This document shows positions 1 to 9,249 of a stretch of DNA of 64,000 nt, piece by piece. Below the pieces are notes generated by a model, which was not told the DNA's origin, searched no databases, and was given only the letters and a program-made list of their open reading frames with translations. The stretch comes from an uncultured Desulfospira sp. (lineage in GTDB: Bacteria > Desulfobacterota > Desulfobacteria > Desulfobacterales > Desulfobacteraceae). The DNA is taken from the NCBI GenBank assembly GCA_963663165.1, contig OY760175.1, forward strand, positions 5,888,001 to 5,952,000, given 5' to 3'. Within the stretch, counting starts at the first letter, position 1. Each line of letters starts with the position of its first letter. The translations under genes and the position numbers were made by a program.

Positions 1-196
1 TATTTAAGCTGTGTTGGTATAGGGCCATGGCCTGTCAGTTATCCTCATTATAGATCCGGATAACTATACCAGGCCAATGTTTTAATCGTGTTACAATGGG
101 GCTAAGGCAATGTTACGGGCGTGCTAAAATTGTATGAGAAAGAACGGAGATTGAGTTGATCTGGCTGCTGCAGACCGCATTCCCTTCATCTTTGAC

Positions 197-233
197 AAAA
201 AAAATCCCTCCGGATCTTGATCCGGAGGGATTT
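197..233 (-). terminator. Rho-independent terminator of the PEP-CTERM gene
   Basis: Hairpin AAATCCCTCCGGATC-tt-GATCCGGAGGGATTT followed by a U-run on the minus strand, just past the stop at 259. Confidence 0.85.
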
Positions 234-258
234 GGGTGAAATGGTGTGCAGCAGCCTA

Positions 259-2277
259 TTATTTTTTTCTGGATCTTCTTGTCAGCATTGCCAGCCCAAA
301 AAGGCCTGCCGTGAGAAGTTCCAGGGTTCCGGGGACGGGAACCGCACTGGTTCCGGTGACCGCATAGATCCCTTCTTCAAATACAGTAAAGCTGGCGTAA
401 GTGCCGTCAAAGGCAAGGTCATAGGCATCGTATGAAATCCAGGTGCCGTTGCCGCCTTCTTCAGAGTAAAACCAGACCATCAGATCCAGGATGTCCCCTG
501 CATCCGCAGCCCATAAAGAAAGATAGAGCGGGTTGTCTTCGCTTTCCATGTACACTGATGTGGAAAAATCCCAGACCGAAAAAATCACCCCATCCTCACT
601 GATCTCCCCTTCAAGCGCATCATAAACACCACCTGCCGTGATGTCGGTCATGGTCAGGGAGATTGCAGTGGATGTCTCAGCCGCCAGAAAGCCTGCCCCC
701 GCAGATTTGCCGTTAATATCATCGGTGATAATGGCCCTCTGGTTATCCAGCAGGTCAAGCGTTGCTGTGGCTGAGTTGTCTCCATGGGCAGTTACAGCTT
801 CGTAAACGGTAATGCTGGCGTTTCCAGCTGTTGACTCTCCACCTGTTACACTCAGCACCCCGCCCAGGGCCTGGATCGTGCCGTTGTTGGTTATCGAATC
901 GTAAGACAGAAGGGAATAAGTTGTGGAAGTGGTCGTGCTTCCATCCCCGGCCGATACCCCGGCACCCGCCACTAAGTTGATGGTACCGTTGTTTGTAATC
1001 GCTTCATCAGCAGAAAGGCTGCTGTTGGCATCCACGGTCAGGGTTGAACTAACGGAGATAAAGACGCCATTATCACCTGAACTGACTTCTGAACCCGCAC
1101 TAACCGTGCCGCCATCCGTTACGGACAGTCTGCCTGTACCGCCCGTATTTTCGATGCCCAAGGCAATGGTCCCGCTGCTGCTCATTGAAGAGCCTTCCCC
1201 GTTAACGTTCACTGTTCCGGTGGCGCCGGATTTTTTTCCAATATACGTGTATCCGTTTGTTGCAGTACCGCCGCCGCCGACAAATAAGGTGCCATCCCCT
1301 TCAGATCCTACCGTGATGCTGTGATCATTTTCCCAGGTGCCGCCGTCAACAATGACGGTTCCGTCGGAACCGGACTGGTTTCCGATGGTTGTCTGGTAAC
1401 TTTCCAGAGAGCCGTTATTGATTACGTTCAGTGTGCCGGTGCCGCCCTCGCCGACATAAAGGTGGTAGCTGTCCCAGGAGGAGTCGGTTCCGTCAATGGT
1501 TGCCGTACCGTTGGAACCATTGGTGTATCCGATATATGCATTCGATCCTGTGGTATTGGTGGTTACGGTGCCGCCGCCGCTGACGGTCAGTGAGCCTGAA
1601 CCGCCCAGCCCCACATAGAGGTTATTGCCGCCGGTGCTGTTTTCAATGGTTAATGAGGAACCGCTTCCGGATACGGTTACGGCACTGGTGGACAAGGCAT
1701 TATCAGCAATCGTCATGTCGGTATCCGTCGTTACCGTGCCGTTGTTGGTGATATTCAGAATCCCGTTTCCAATATTTCCTACAAGGATTGCCGAATTATC
1801 AACCGCCAGTGTGCTGTTGTTAACATTTACCGTTCCACTGGAACCGCCCTGGTCGGCAATTGTGATGCCGTATTTTTTTCCGGGATTGACGGTCCCGCCG
1901 TTGGTAATATTCAGTATGCCGGTTCCATAATAGCCCACAAAGAGATCCTGGGTGACATTAAATGTGGCACCGGCGCCATCAACTGTAACTGTTCCGCTGG
2001 AACCGGCATAGGTGCCGATATATCCGGGGCCGACGGTTACTGAACTCCCGGCATCAATCATAAGTGCCCCTGCGCTGTCTTCTCCAATGTCGACTTCCAT
2101 AGCGCTTGTCCAGTTAACAGGATCATTCATACCGGTTTGATCTGTGATTTCGGTAAATCCTATCCAAACAGAAAAATCCCCTGAGACGGTTGGCGCTGCA
2201 TAAGCGGCTGGCGCCGTAAAAATCCCTGCTGCCAGCAGTGTGCATAGCAGGCAGGTCCCCAATAAAATTTTTTTCAT
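259..2277 (-). CDS. Secreted beta-strand repeat surface protein (T5SS/PEP-CTERM-associated repeats) with PEP-CTERM-type sorting signal
   Basis: Signal peptide; repeated IGxxxGSxGTVTVDGxGSxW...LYVGxxGTGxLxIxNGG units; C-terminus AVPVPG + TM helix + RRSRKK. Confidence 0.85.
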   Translation of the reverse strand: MKKILLGTCLLCTLLAAGIFTAPAAYAAPTVSGDFSVWIGFTEITDQTGMNDPVNWTSAMEVDIGEDSAGALMIDAGSSVTVGPGYIGTYAGSSGTVTVDGAGATFNVTQDLFVGYYGTGILNITNGGTVNPGKKYGITIADQGGSSGTVNVNNSTLAVDNSAILVGNIGNGILNITNNGTVTTDTDMTIADNALSTSAVTVSGSGSSLTIENSTGGNNLYVGLGGSGSLTVSGGGTVTTNTTGSNAYIGYTNGSNGTATIDGTDSSWDSYHLYVGEGGTGTLNVINNGSLESYQTTIGNQSGSDGTVIVDGGTWENDHSITVGSEGDGTLFVGGGGTATNGYTYIGKKSGATGTVNVNGEGSSMSSSGTIALGIENTGGTGRLSVTDGGTVSAGSEVSSGDNGVFISVSSTLTVDANSSLSADEAITNNGTINLVAGAGVSAGDGSTTTSTTYSLLSYDSITNNGTIQALGGVLSVTGGESTAGNASITVYEAVTAHGDNSATATLDLLDNQRAIITDDINGKSAGAGFLAAETSTAISLTMTDITAGGVYDALEGEISEDGVIFSVWDFSTSVYMESEDNPLYLSLWAADAGDILDLMVWFYSEEGGNGTWISYDAYDLAFDGTYASFTVFEEGIYAVTGTSAVPVPGTLELLTAGLFGLAMLTRRSRKK

Positions 2278-2624
2278 TTTAACTCCTTGCTAAAGGGTAG
2301 CGTTTGTACCCGGGGATTTTAACCCGTGCGTGTTGCTGTTGATGTGGTTTTCATTCCGGCAGGAAAAATCCAGGCCGTGGCCGGTTTATGAAGCATCAAA
2401 TTTTGTAGCAGCACATTGTCCGTCAGGTAAAATTTGTAGTCTGACAGCATGGTTATAAATTAATTCCCCAACAAAAATGATACTTTTTTAATCTGGTTAA
2501 AATTTCTATTCCCGGCGCCTTCTGCCGGGGGTGCACCATGTTCAGCTGGTTAAAAATCAAGTGTCTCAGCTTCTGTCATGCAGGCGTAAAATCCATCTGG
2601 TCATGGCCCGTTGCCAAAATATTC

Positions 2625-2640
2625 TGCAAATTGCATGCCG
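2625..2640 (-). promoter_or_regulatory. Candidate sigma54 (-24/-12) promoter
   Basis: Minus strand CGGCATGCAATTTGCA = GG-N10-GC with TTGCA, ~350 nt upstream of the 2277 start. Confidence 0.45.
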
Positions 2641-2871
2641 CTATCATGCCATTGCCCGGAATGATCAAATTTACCAGCCAAAATCAAAAAAATCCAGCGG
2701 AAGTTAAGCACAATTCCATAATATTTATGTAAAAAAACCCATAAAATTTCAGCAATTATACGAAAGCTTAAAAAAAGGATCAAGAATTTTATTTCAGGGA
2801 CTGGGAGGATGGGGTGAGAACGCAACGGGGCCGGGTGATTGTTACTTTTTTTTCAGAAAAACGAACCTTTT

Positions 2872-5838
2872 TTACATAGTGGTGTGTACTTTTTTTCCCA
2901 AATCAGACTGAAGGCTGCCAACCGTCAACAATTGGTGAACCGAATCCGCCAGGTCCTTGATGCTCAGGGGTTTGGCAAGTTTCATGTATAGTCCTGATTC
3001 CAAAGACAAGTCCATTTCCCTGTCACTGAACCCGGTGCAGACCAGGATGGGGATATCGCTGCGGATTTGGCGCATTTTTTTAAACAAGGCCTCCCCGGAC
3101 ATTTTGGGCATGGTCAGGTCGGTGACCACCAGATCAATGTCCTGAGGGCGGTTTTTAAAAAACTCCAGGGCTTCAGGGCTGCCGGTTGTTGCGGTGACCC
3201 GGTAGCCGAGCTTTTCAAGCATGAGTTTTTCTATGGCGGCAATGTCGGGTTCATCATCAACCACAAGGATATGGCCGCTGCCTTTGGGCAATGTATCTTC
3301 GGACAGGGACCCGGGGGGCTGGTCCAATGCGTTTTCCAAGGATTCGTCCATGGGATCGGCCAGCGGGAAATAAACCTTAAAGCAGGTTCCTTCCTGTTTT
3401 TTGCTTGCAACGGTAATGCCCCCGCCCATGCGGGTGACAATCCCGTGGACCACGGCAAGGCCCATGCCGGTTCCCTTGCCCTGCTCTTTGGTGGTGAAAT
3501 ACGGGTCAAAGATTTTTTCTAAAATCCCCTCGTCCATGCCGGTTCCGGTGTCGGATACCCTCAGGCAGTTGTACGTCCCGGCCGGAATGGCGGCAAGCAT
3601 TGGATCGTTTCCCTCAACGGTCTCAGTGGCAAGGGATATGGTCATCTGTCCGCCCGTTTCTTCCATGGAATGGTAGGCATTGGTGGCCAGGTTCATGATG
3701 ATCTGATGAATCTGGACCGGGTCGGCCTTGACTTTAGGGCTGTGTGACGGAATCCGGGTTTTCATTTCAATGGTGGCGGGAATGGAGGCCCTGAGCAGCT
3801 TTAAAGCCTCTTTGATCACCGGCTGGATTTCCATAAGCCTTATTTCACCTTTTTCCTGGCGGGAAAAGGTCAGGATCTGCCGGACCAGTTCTTTGGCCCT
3901 CATGGCACCGGAATAGATTTTATCCAGGCTTTTTCTTAACGGGCTGTCCCGGGGAATATCCTGGAAAAGCATTTCCGTGTACCCCATGATGGGGAACAGA
4001 ATATTGTTGAAATCATGGGCAATCCCTCCGGCCAGGGTGCCGATGGACTCCATTTTTTGGGCCTGCATCAACTGGCTTTCAAGCCGTTTGAGTTCGGTAA
4101 CATCTCGGTAAATGGACAGTTTGAACACGGTGCCGTCGGGCTGGGCAATGGGGGAAGATGAGACATGAAAGGACCGGTTGTCAATGGGGCTGACAATGTC
4201 CATGATGTGGCGGGAAAAGCCCCCATCCTCATCCTTCCAGCGGCACCAGGGGCAGAAATCGTTAAGCCCGTGAATGGCCGTAAAACAGTGCTGCCCGGTA
4301 CCGTCCGTTCCGGTCCGCTGGATCATGGCCGGGTTCATATAGGCCACTTTAAAATCCGGCGAACAGATGTAAACCGGGTCCGGCATGGTCTCCATCATGG
4401 ACCGGTACTTTGTCTCACTGTCCCTTAACGCTTTTTCAGCGGCCTTTCTACCGGAAATATCCCGGGCAAACACGGTATAAAGTTTTTTTTCGGGGATACT
4501 GATCCGGCCTTCCAACCGGTCGTACATGTCGGTGTACATGACTGCAATGGTCAGTTCAGCCGGATATGGGGCCTTGTTTTTTTTCAGGTAATTCCGGTGG
4601 ATGGTAACGCTTTTTTGCCTGGCAAGCCGGTCCATGATCTGGCCGATGGGATTGTCTTTTACAAAATCTTCATCGATTTGGGCCACCGTCATCTTGAGCA
4701 TCTCCGGGCGCTGGTAGCCCAGGCTTTGGCAGGCCTTTTCATTGGCATCGATGACCCGGCCGTCTGCCCCGAATATAAACACCGCATCTCCGGCTTGATT
4801 GAAAAAATTCAAGTATCGCTCCCGGCTTCTGGCAAGGTTCCGGGCAAGCGCTTTCATGGCCAGGGACAGGTCTCCGATTTCATCCGTTGAGGGCGGGGGA
4901 AAATCATATTCAAAATCATCGGTTTCAATGGCCTGGATGGCGGCTTTCTGGGATGTCAGAAAACGCCTGAAATAGGCTGAGGTTAAAAACCACAGGCCAA
5001 GATTGAAACAGACCGCGAGAATGCTGCCAGACAAAAAGACTATAGAACTGCGGGCCTGGCGAGCCTTGTCCTTTTTTTGAATGGTCCGGATTCCCTCATT
5101 GGCCAGTTCAAAAAAACGCCCGGAGCTGTTTTTGACTAGTTCTTCCCGATTTTTAATGGCAAAGCTTAATAGAAGATCATCTTCTATGCTTTGGACCAGG
5201 GCCTGCAGCAGCTGGTTAACGAAGGGGTCTTTGGTTATGGAGTGGATTTCTTCCTGAATTTCTTTTAACTGGGCGTACTGCACAAGGTCCAGGGGATGGG
5301 AGGCCTCTATACGGCTCATCCACAGGGTTTTGGCGGTCCGGTAAAATTCGCCGGCGTTAACACCCGGAAGGGTTTGAAGGTGCTGTTCAACGGCCGTAAA
5401 ATACTGGCGGCTTAAAGATATCAGCTGTTTGTGCCGGGTATATTGGTCAAGCAAATCAAGAAGGTCCTGGTGGAAGCTTTGAATGGCCTGGGGCAGGGCG
5501 GCAAAGCGGCCGGCGGTTTCAGGGGCGCCGGCAAAGCCGAAATCGGCAATGGTGTTGATCTGCTTCTCCACCACTTCGATTTCTGTGAGGATGTCCTGCT
5601 TTATGGACAGTTTATATTCAACCGGGACCCTTGCGGTCATGGCGTCCAGACGTTCCAGGTGGAGAATAAAATCCTTAAGTTCCATGACACGGGCATAGTT
5701 GGTCCGGCCTGTTTTTAAGCTGTAAAAAGCGGTAACGCCTAAGGCCAGGGTCATCAGGGTCAGGGAGGAAAATAGCAGAAAAACTTTGAGTGAAAGGGAG
5801 AATCTCATGGCTGTATATTTTTGCCGGTATTTTGACAA
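2872..5838 (-). CDS. Hybrid sensor histidine kinase/response regulator (TM, HAMP, 2 PAS, HisKA, HATPase, REC)
   Basis: H-box GGIAHDFNNIL, G-box FTTKEQGKGTGMGL, C-terminal ILVVDDE/VTDLTMP receiver; true start may be 5808. Confidence 0.93.
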   Translation of the reverse strand: MSKYRQKYTAMRFSLSLKVFLLFSSLTLMTLALGVTAFYSLKTGRTNYARVMELKDFILHLERLDAMTARVPVEYKLSIKQDILTEIEVVEKQINTIADFGFAGAPETAGRFAALPQAIQSFHQDLLDLLDQYTRHKQLISLSRQYFTAVEQHLQTLPGVNAGEFYRTAKTLWMSRIEASHPLDLVQYAQLKEIQEEIHSITKDPFVNQLLQALVQSIEDDLLLSFAIKNREELVKNSSGRFFELANEGIRTIQKKDKARQARSSIVFLSGSILAVCFNLGLWFLTSAYFRRFLTSQKAAIQAIETDDFEYDFPPPSTDEIGDLSLAMKALARNLARSRERYLNFFNQAGDAVFIFGADGRVIDANEKACQSLGYQRPEMLKMTVAQIDEDFVKDNPIGQIMDRLARQKSVTIHRNYLKKNKAPYPAELTIAVMYTDMYDRLEGRISIPEKKLYTVFARDISGRKAAEKALRDSETKYRSMMETMPDPVYICSPDFKVAYMNPAMIQRTGTDGTGQHCFTAIHGLNDFCPWCRWKDEDGGFSRHIMDIVSPIDNRSFHVSSSPIAQPDGTVFKLSIYRDVTELKRLESQLMQAQKMESIGTLAGGIAHDFNNILFPIMGYTEMLFQDIPRDSPLRKSLDKIYSGAMRAKELVRQILTFSRQEKGEIRLMEIQPVIKEALKLLRASIPATIEMKTRIPSHSPKVKADPVQIHQIIMNLATNAYHSMEETGGQMTISLATETVEGNDPMLAAIPAGTYNCLRVSDTGTGMDEGILEKIFDPYFTTKEQGKGTGMGLAVVHGIVTRMGGGITVASKKQEGTCFKVYFPLADPMDESLENALDQPPGSLSEDTLPKGSGHILVVDDEPDIAAIEKLMLEKLGYRVTATTGSPEALEFFKNRPQDIDLVVTDLTMPKMSGEALFKKMRQIRSDIPILVCTGFSDREMDLSLESGLYMKLAKPLSIKDLADSVHQLLTVGSLQSDLGKKVHTTM

Positions 5839-5994
5839 GGCATATAAATCAGGGGCTCAAAGGTGTCGGTTTTATTTTAAATGGTGAGGGGGGATATAAG
5901 CTATTTCAAGACTTTTTTCAATACAGGAGGAGGTGTTTCTGTGATAAAAAAAGTAATTTTTTTCATAATATCGGGGTTAATTGTATGGGGGCGC

Positions 5995-7284
5995 TCAGGG
6001 CGTATACAGCCCCGCCCAGATGGGAAGGTACAGGGACAGCACCGGCAAAAGGGACAAGATCACCAGCACCACCAGGTCCATGAGGACAAAGGGGATGGCC
6101 TCCTTGGCAATATCATCCACCTGGCAGCCGGCCAGGTTGGCGGCCGTGAACAGGTTGACCCCCACCGGGGGCGTAGCCTGGCCAATGGCAAGGGCGGAAA
6201 TGAAGATGACCCCATAATAGACCGGGTCTATGTTAAAGCTGGCCAGCACCGGGATCAGGATAGGCATGAGCAGATAGCAGATGGAAATGGCGTCCAGAAA
6301 CATGCCAAGGCCGAACAGCAGCAGGTTGACCAGTAAAATCATCACAAAGGCATTGGGGGAGATCTTGATGATCATGTCGGCCATGGCGTCAATCACCCCG
6401 GTAACGGAAGCGGCCCAGGTAAAGATGCCGGCAAAGACAACGATAAACATGATCACCGAGCTGGTGACGGCGGCATCCACCAGAATGTCAATCATGTCCC
6501 TGAGGCTGATGGACCGGTAAACCAGCACGGCCACAGAAAGGGAGTAAAACACGGCCACCACAGCGGCTTCCGTGGGGGTGAAAATGCCGGTGTAAATGCC
6601 CCCCAGCACAACCACCGGCGCCATCACCGCCCAGATGGACTCTTTGAAGGCCCGGGCCAGCTCCATGAGACTGCCCCGCTGGCTCATGCCCCGGTATCCC
6701 CTGCGCCGGGATATGAACCATGCCACAAGGATGGTGCCAAGCCCGGTAAGGATGCCGGGAATGATGCCGGCCACAAATAAGGCCCCCACCGAGACCGAGG
6801 TGATGTTGCCGTAGATGATAAAGGCAATGGACGGCGGAATGATGATGGACAGGTCTGAGGCATTGGCAATGGTGGCCCCGGCAAAAGACCGGTCATACCC
6901 GTTTTTCAGCATGGGGGTTAACAAAATCATGCCCACGGCCGCGGTGGTGGCAGGGCCGGATCCGGACAAGGCCCCCCAGAACATGCAGGTCAGCACGGCC
7001 ACAATGGAAAGCCCGCCGGTCATCCGGCCCACCAGAAGCTCGAAAAACTGGGCAATGGTGGCGGCAAGTCCCGCCCGCTGGAGAATGACCCCGGCCAGCA
7101 CAAAAAAGGGGATGGCCAGCAAGGGAAACGAGGCAATGCCCGAGGAAAAATTCACTCCCAGCATTTGGGCGCCTAGATCAAAATATAAAATGGTGGCCAC
7201 GGCCGACACCCCAAGGGAGGTGCCGATGGGGGCGCCAATGAACATGAGGATGAAAAACAGGGCCACAATCAGGATAAATTCCAT
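5995..7284 (-). CDS. dctM: TRAP transporter large permease
   Basis: LLAIPFFVLAG, GALSGSGPAT, IIIPPSI, GIFTPTEAA, TPPVGVNLF motifs; start reset to MEFILIV at 7284. Confidence 0.93.
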   Translation of the reverse strand: MEFILIVALFFILMFIGAPIGTSLGVSAVATILYFDLGAQMLGVNFSSGIASFPLLAIPFFVLAGVILQRAGLAATIAQFFELLVGRMTGGLSIVAVLTCMFWGALSGSGPATTAAVGMILLTPMLKNGYDRSFAGATIANASDLSIIIPPSIAFIIYGNITSVSVGALFVAGIIPGILTGLGTILVAWFISRRRGYRGMSQRGSLMELARAFKESIWAVMAPVVVLGGIYTGIFTPTEAAVVAVFYSLSVAVLVYRSISLRDMIDILVDAAVTSSVIMFIVVFAGIFTWAASVTGVIDAMADMIIKISPNAFVMILLVNLLLFGLGMFLDAISICYLLMPILIPVLASFNIDPVYYGVIFISALAIGQATPPVGVNLFTAANLAGCQVDDIAKEAIPFVLMDLVVLVILSLLPVLSLYLPIWAGLYTP

Positions 7285-7297
7285 GATTCCCCCTTTT

Positions 7298-7777
7298 TTA
7301 ACCCAGATCCCCGGGGACCAGCTTGTTTCTGGCATCCCGGTAGATGCCCCGGAACACAAAGATACTGAACACGGGAAGCCCGGCATAATAGATCCATACC
7401 GGGATGCCAAGGGAGGCGGATTCGGCCTGGAACAGGGTGATTTCATCATAAATGGCCTGGATCATGAACCAGTTGATGACCACGAACAGCAGCGCTGCCA
7501 GCAAAGAATAAAAGACCACCACGGCCTGCTGCATTTTGGGGGGAAACATTCTAAAAAAAGTGACCATGCCCAGGTGCCCGCCCCGTTCAAAGGCTATGCC
7601 CATGCCGATGATGCTCATCCAGACAAACAGGTTGATGGTGATTTCCTCGGTGGCGGCAAATGAAAAATGAAAAATATACCGGCTTAAAATGTTAATAAAT
7701 GCAATCAGGGCCATGACCCCGAGCAGAATCGACACCAGCCAGTAGTCCAGCCGGATTCCCAAAAACCCTTTTTTCAC
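7298..7777 (-). CDS. dctQ: TRAP transporter small permease
   Basis: Four TM helices, RY...TEE motif, HLG motif; lies between dctP and dctM. Confidence 0.9.
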   Translation of the reverse strand: MKKGFLGIRLDYWLVSILLGVMALIAFINILSRYIFHFSFAATEEITINLFVWMSIIGMGIAFERGGHLGMVTFFRMFPPKMQQAVVVFYSLLAALLFVVINWFMIQAIYDEITLFQAESASLGIPVWIYYAGLPVFSIFVFRGIYRDARNKLVPGDLG

Positions 7778-7790
7778 ACCTTCCTCCCTT

Positions 7791-7855
7791 TTAGCTGTTA
7801 GCCATTAGCTTTTGGGCTGAACCGGCCGGCTGACAGCTAACTGCTAATAGCTAAA
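7791..7855. repeat. Heptamer (TAGCTGT-like) repeat hairpin
   Basis: TTAGCTGTTAGCCATTAGCT...GCTGACAGCTAACTGCTAATAGCTAA; related copy at 38110-38193. Confidence 0.7.
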
Positions 7856-7872
7856 GGCTTTTACACAAAATG

Positions 7873-7907
7873 CCGTGTCCCGGAACCCCATGGGGCCCGG
7901 GACACGG
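7873..7907. terminator. Stem-loop after dctP (terminator or mRNA stabiliser)
   Basis: CCGTGTCCCGG...CCGGGACACGG inverted repeat between dctP and dctQ. Confidence 0.55.
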
Positions 7908-7950
7908 TTAACCTTCATAATTCAAATGGGCTTTAACCGCAACCGCGGGC

Positions 7951-9009
7951 TTATTTGCCCATGTCCGCCGTTGCTTTTTCAACCACGTCTTTCCCGATTT
8001 TGTCTGCCCATTTGTCTGACACTGACTTGGTGGCGGCAATGAACGCCTCACGCTGTTCATCGGTCAGTTCAGAAACGGTCATCCCCTTTTCTTTCATGAA
8101 TTCCAGGGGCCCGGGCACTTCCATGGTAAAATTGAATTCATCTTTGAGGATATTGACAGAGGTGGTTCCGTCAAGGCCTGCCCGGGCCAGTGCCGTTTCA
8201 AACCGGCCGGCCTCCCGGGCTGCCGACAGAAGGGCATCCTGGATCTCTTTGGGAAAGGCCTTCCACTGGGTCTGGTTCCAGTAGAAAATCAGGGGATCCA
8301 CCAGATAGTTCCACAGGGTTACATGGCTGTGGTACTGGTGAATCTGAACCGGAACCAGAATCCCCACAGGGTTTTCCTGTCCGTCCACCACCCCCTGCTG
8401 GAAACCGGCCACGGCATCGCCCCAGTTCATGTTCACCGGGTCGGCGCCCAGGGCCCGGAAGGTATCGATAAACAAAGGATTTCCCACCACCCGGATTCTA
8501 AGTCCCTTCATGTCTGAAGGATTGGTAACGGCAAGCTTGCTGTTGGTGATCTGGCGGAACCCGTTTTCCGCCCAGGCCAGGGGCTCAAGCCGCTTGGCCC
8601 TCATGGCGTCAAACACGGCTTTGCCGGCGGTTCCGTTTTTGACCTTGTCCAGGTTTTCAAAGCTGTTCAGGAAAAAGGGAAGGTGAAAGATATTGGCCTG
8701 GGGGATCACAGGACTGATGTTGATGGTGGATTCCATGGCGCAGTCAATCACCCCTTTGGCCACCATCTGGGCGCTTTTGAGCTGGGCGCCTTTGAGCAGG
8801 GCAGAGCCGTAATAGGGTTTGACATTGATCTTCCCGTCGGTTTTTTCCTTGGCGAGTTCCGCAAACTTGGCGGCCCCCATTCCCCAGTAAAACTTGGGAC
8901 CGACATTGACCTGCATTTTGTACTCTTTTTTAAAGTCATCGGCCTGGGCCGCTGCTGCCGTGATCCCGAACAGTGCCGCTACCAGAAGCCATCCCATTTT
9001 TTTCATCAT
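7951..9009 (-). CDS. dctP: TRAP transporter periplasmic solute-binding subunit
   Basis: Signal peptide; ENGFRQITN, KGLRIRV, VDGQENP motifs. Confidence 0.93.
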   Translation of the reverse strand: MMKKMGWLLVAALFGITAAAAQADDFKKEYKMQVNVGPKFYWGMGAAKFAELAKEKTDGKINVKPYYGSALLKGAQLKSAQMVAKGVIDCAMESTINISPVIPQANIFHLPFFLNSFENLDKVKNGTAGKAVFDAMRAKRLEPLAWAENGFRQITNSKLAVTNPSDMKGLRIRVVGNPLFIDTFRALGADPVNMNWGDAVAGFQQGVVDGQENPVGILVPVQIHQYHSHVTLWNYLVDPLIFYWNQTQWKAFPKEIQDALLSAAREAGRFETALARAGLDGTTSVNILKDEFNFTMEVPGPLEFMKEKGMTVSELTDEQREAFIAATKSVSDKWADKIGKDVVEKATADMGK

Positions 9010-9187
9010 GTTGTTTCCTCCCCAATTATCATGGTTAATGGTGCATTATTTTCGTTAAGGTCCCTATCACACTTCTAATGTCAAGATCAAGCATGATTTT
9101 AATAAGTTGCATTGAATTAAACTCGGTTTGGCCAGAGCAAAAAAAAGGAAGGCCACGGGCAGGAAATCAAGCGGTGATGTTCCGGGG

Positions 9188-9231
9188 AAAAGAAAAACGG
9201 GCTTCCCGGATGTAGATCCGGAAAGCCCGTT
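9188..9231 (-). terminator. Rho-independent terminator of the large PEP-CTERM gene
   Basis: AACGGGCTTCCCGGAT-gtag-ATCCGGAAAGCCCGTT with U-run on the minus strand. Confidence 0.8.
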
Positions 9232-9249
9232 CATGGCAGGGGGTTGCTT

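Noticed and set aside
2278..2620. c-di-GMP (GEMM) or other riboswitch in the long leader
   Set aside because: No GEMM core motifs recognised here or upstream of 12393; an Infernal search would be needed.
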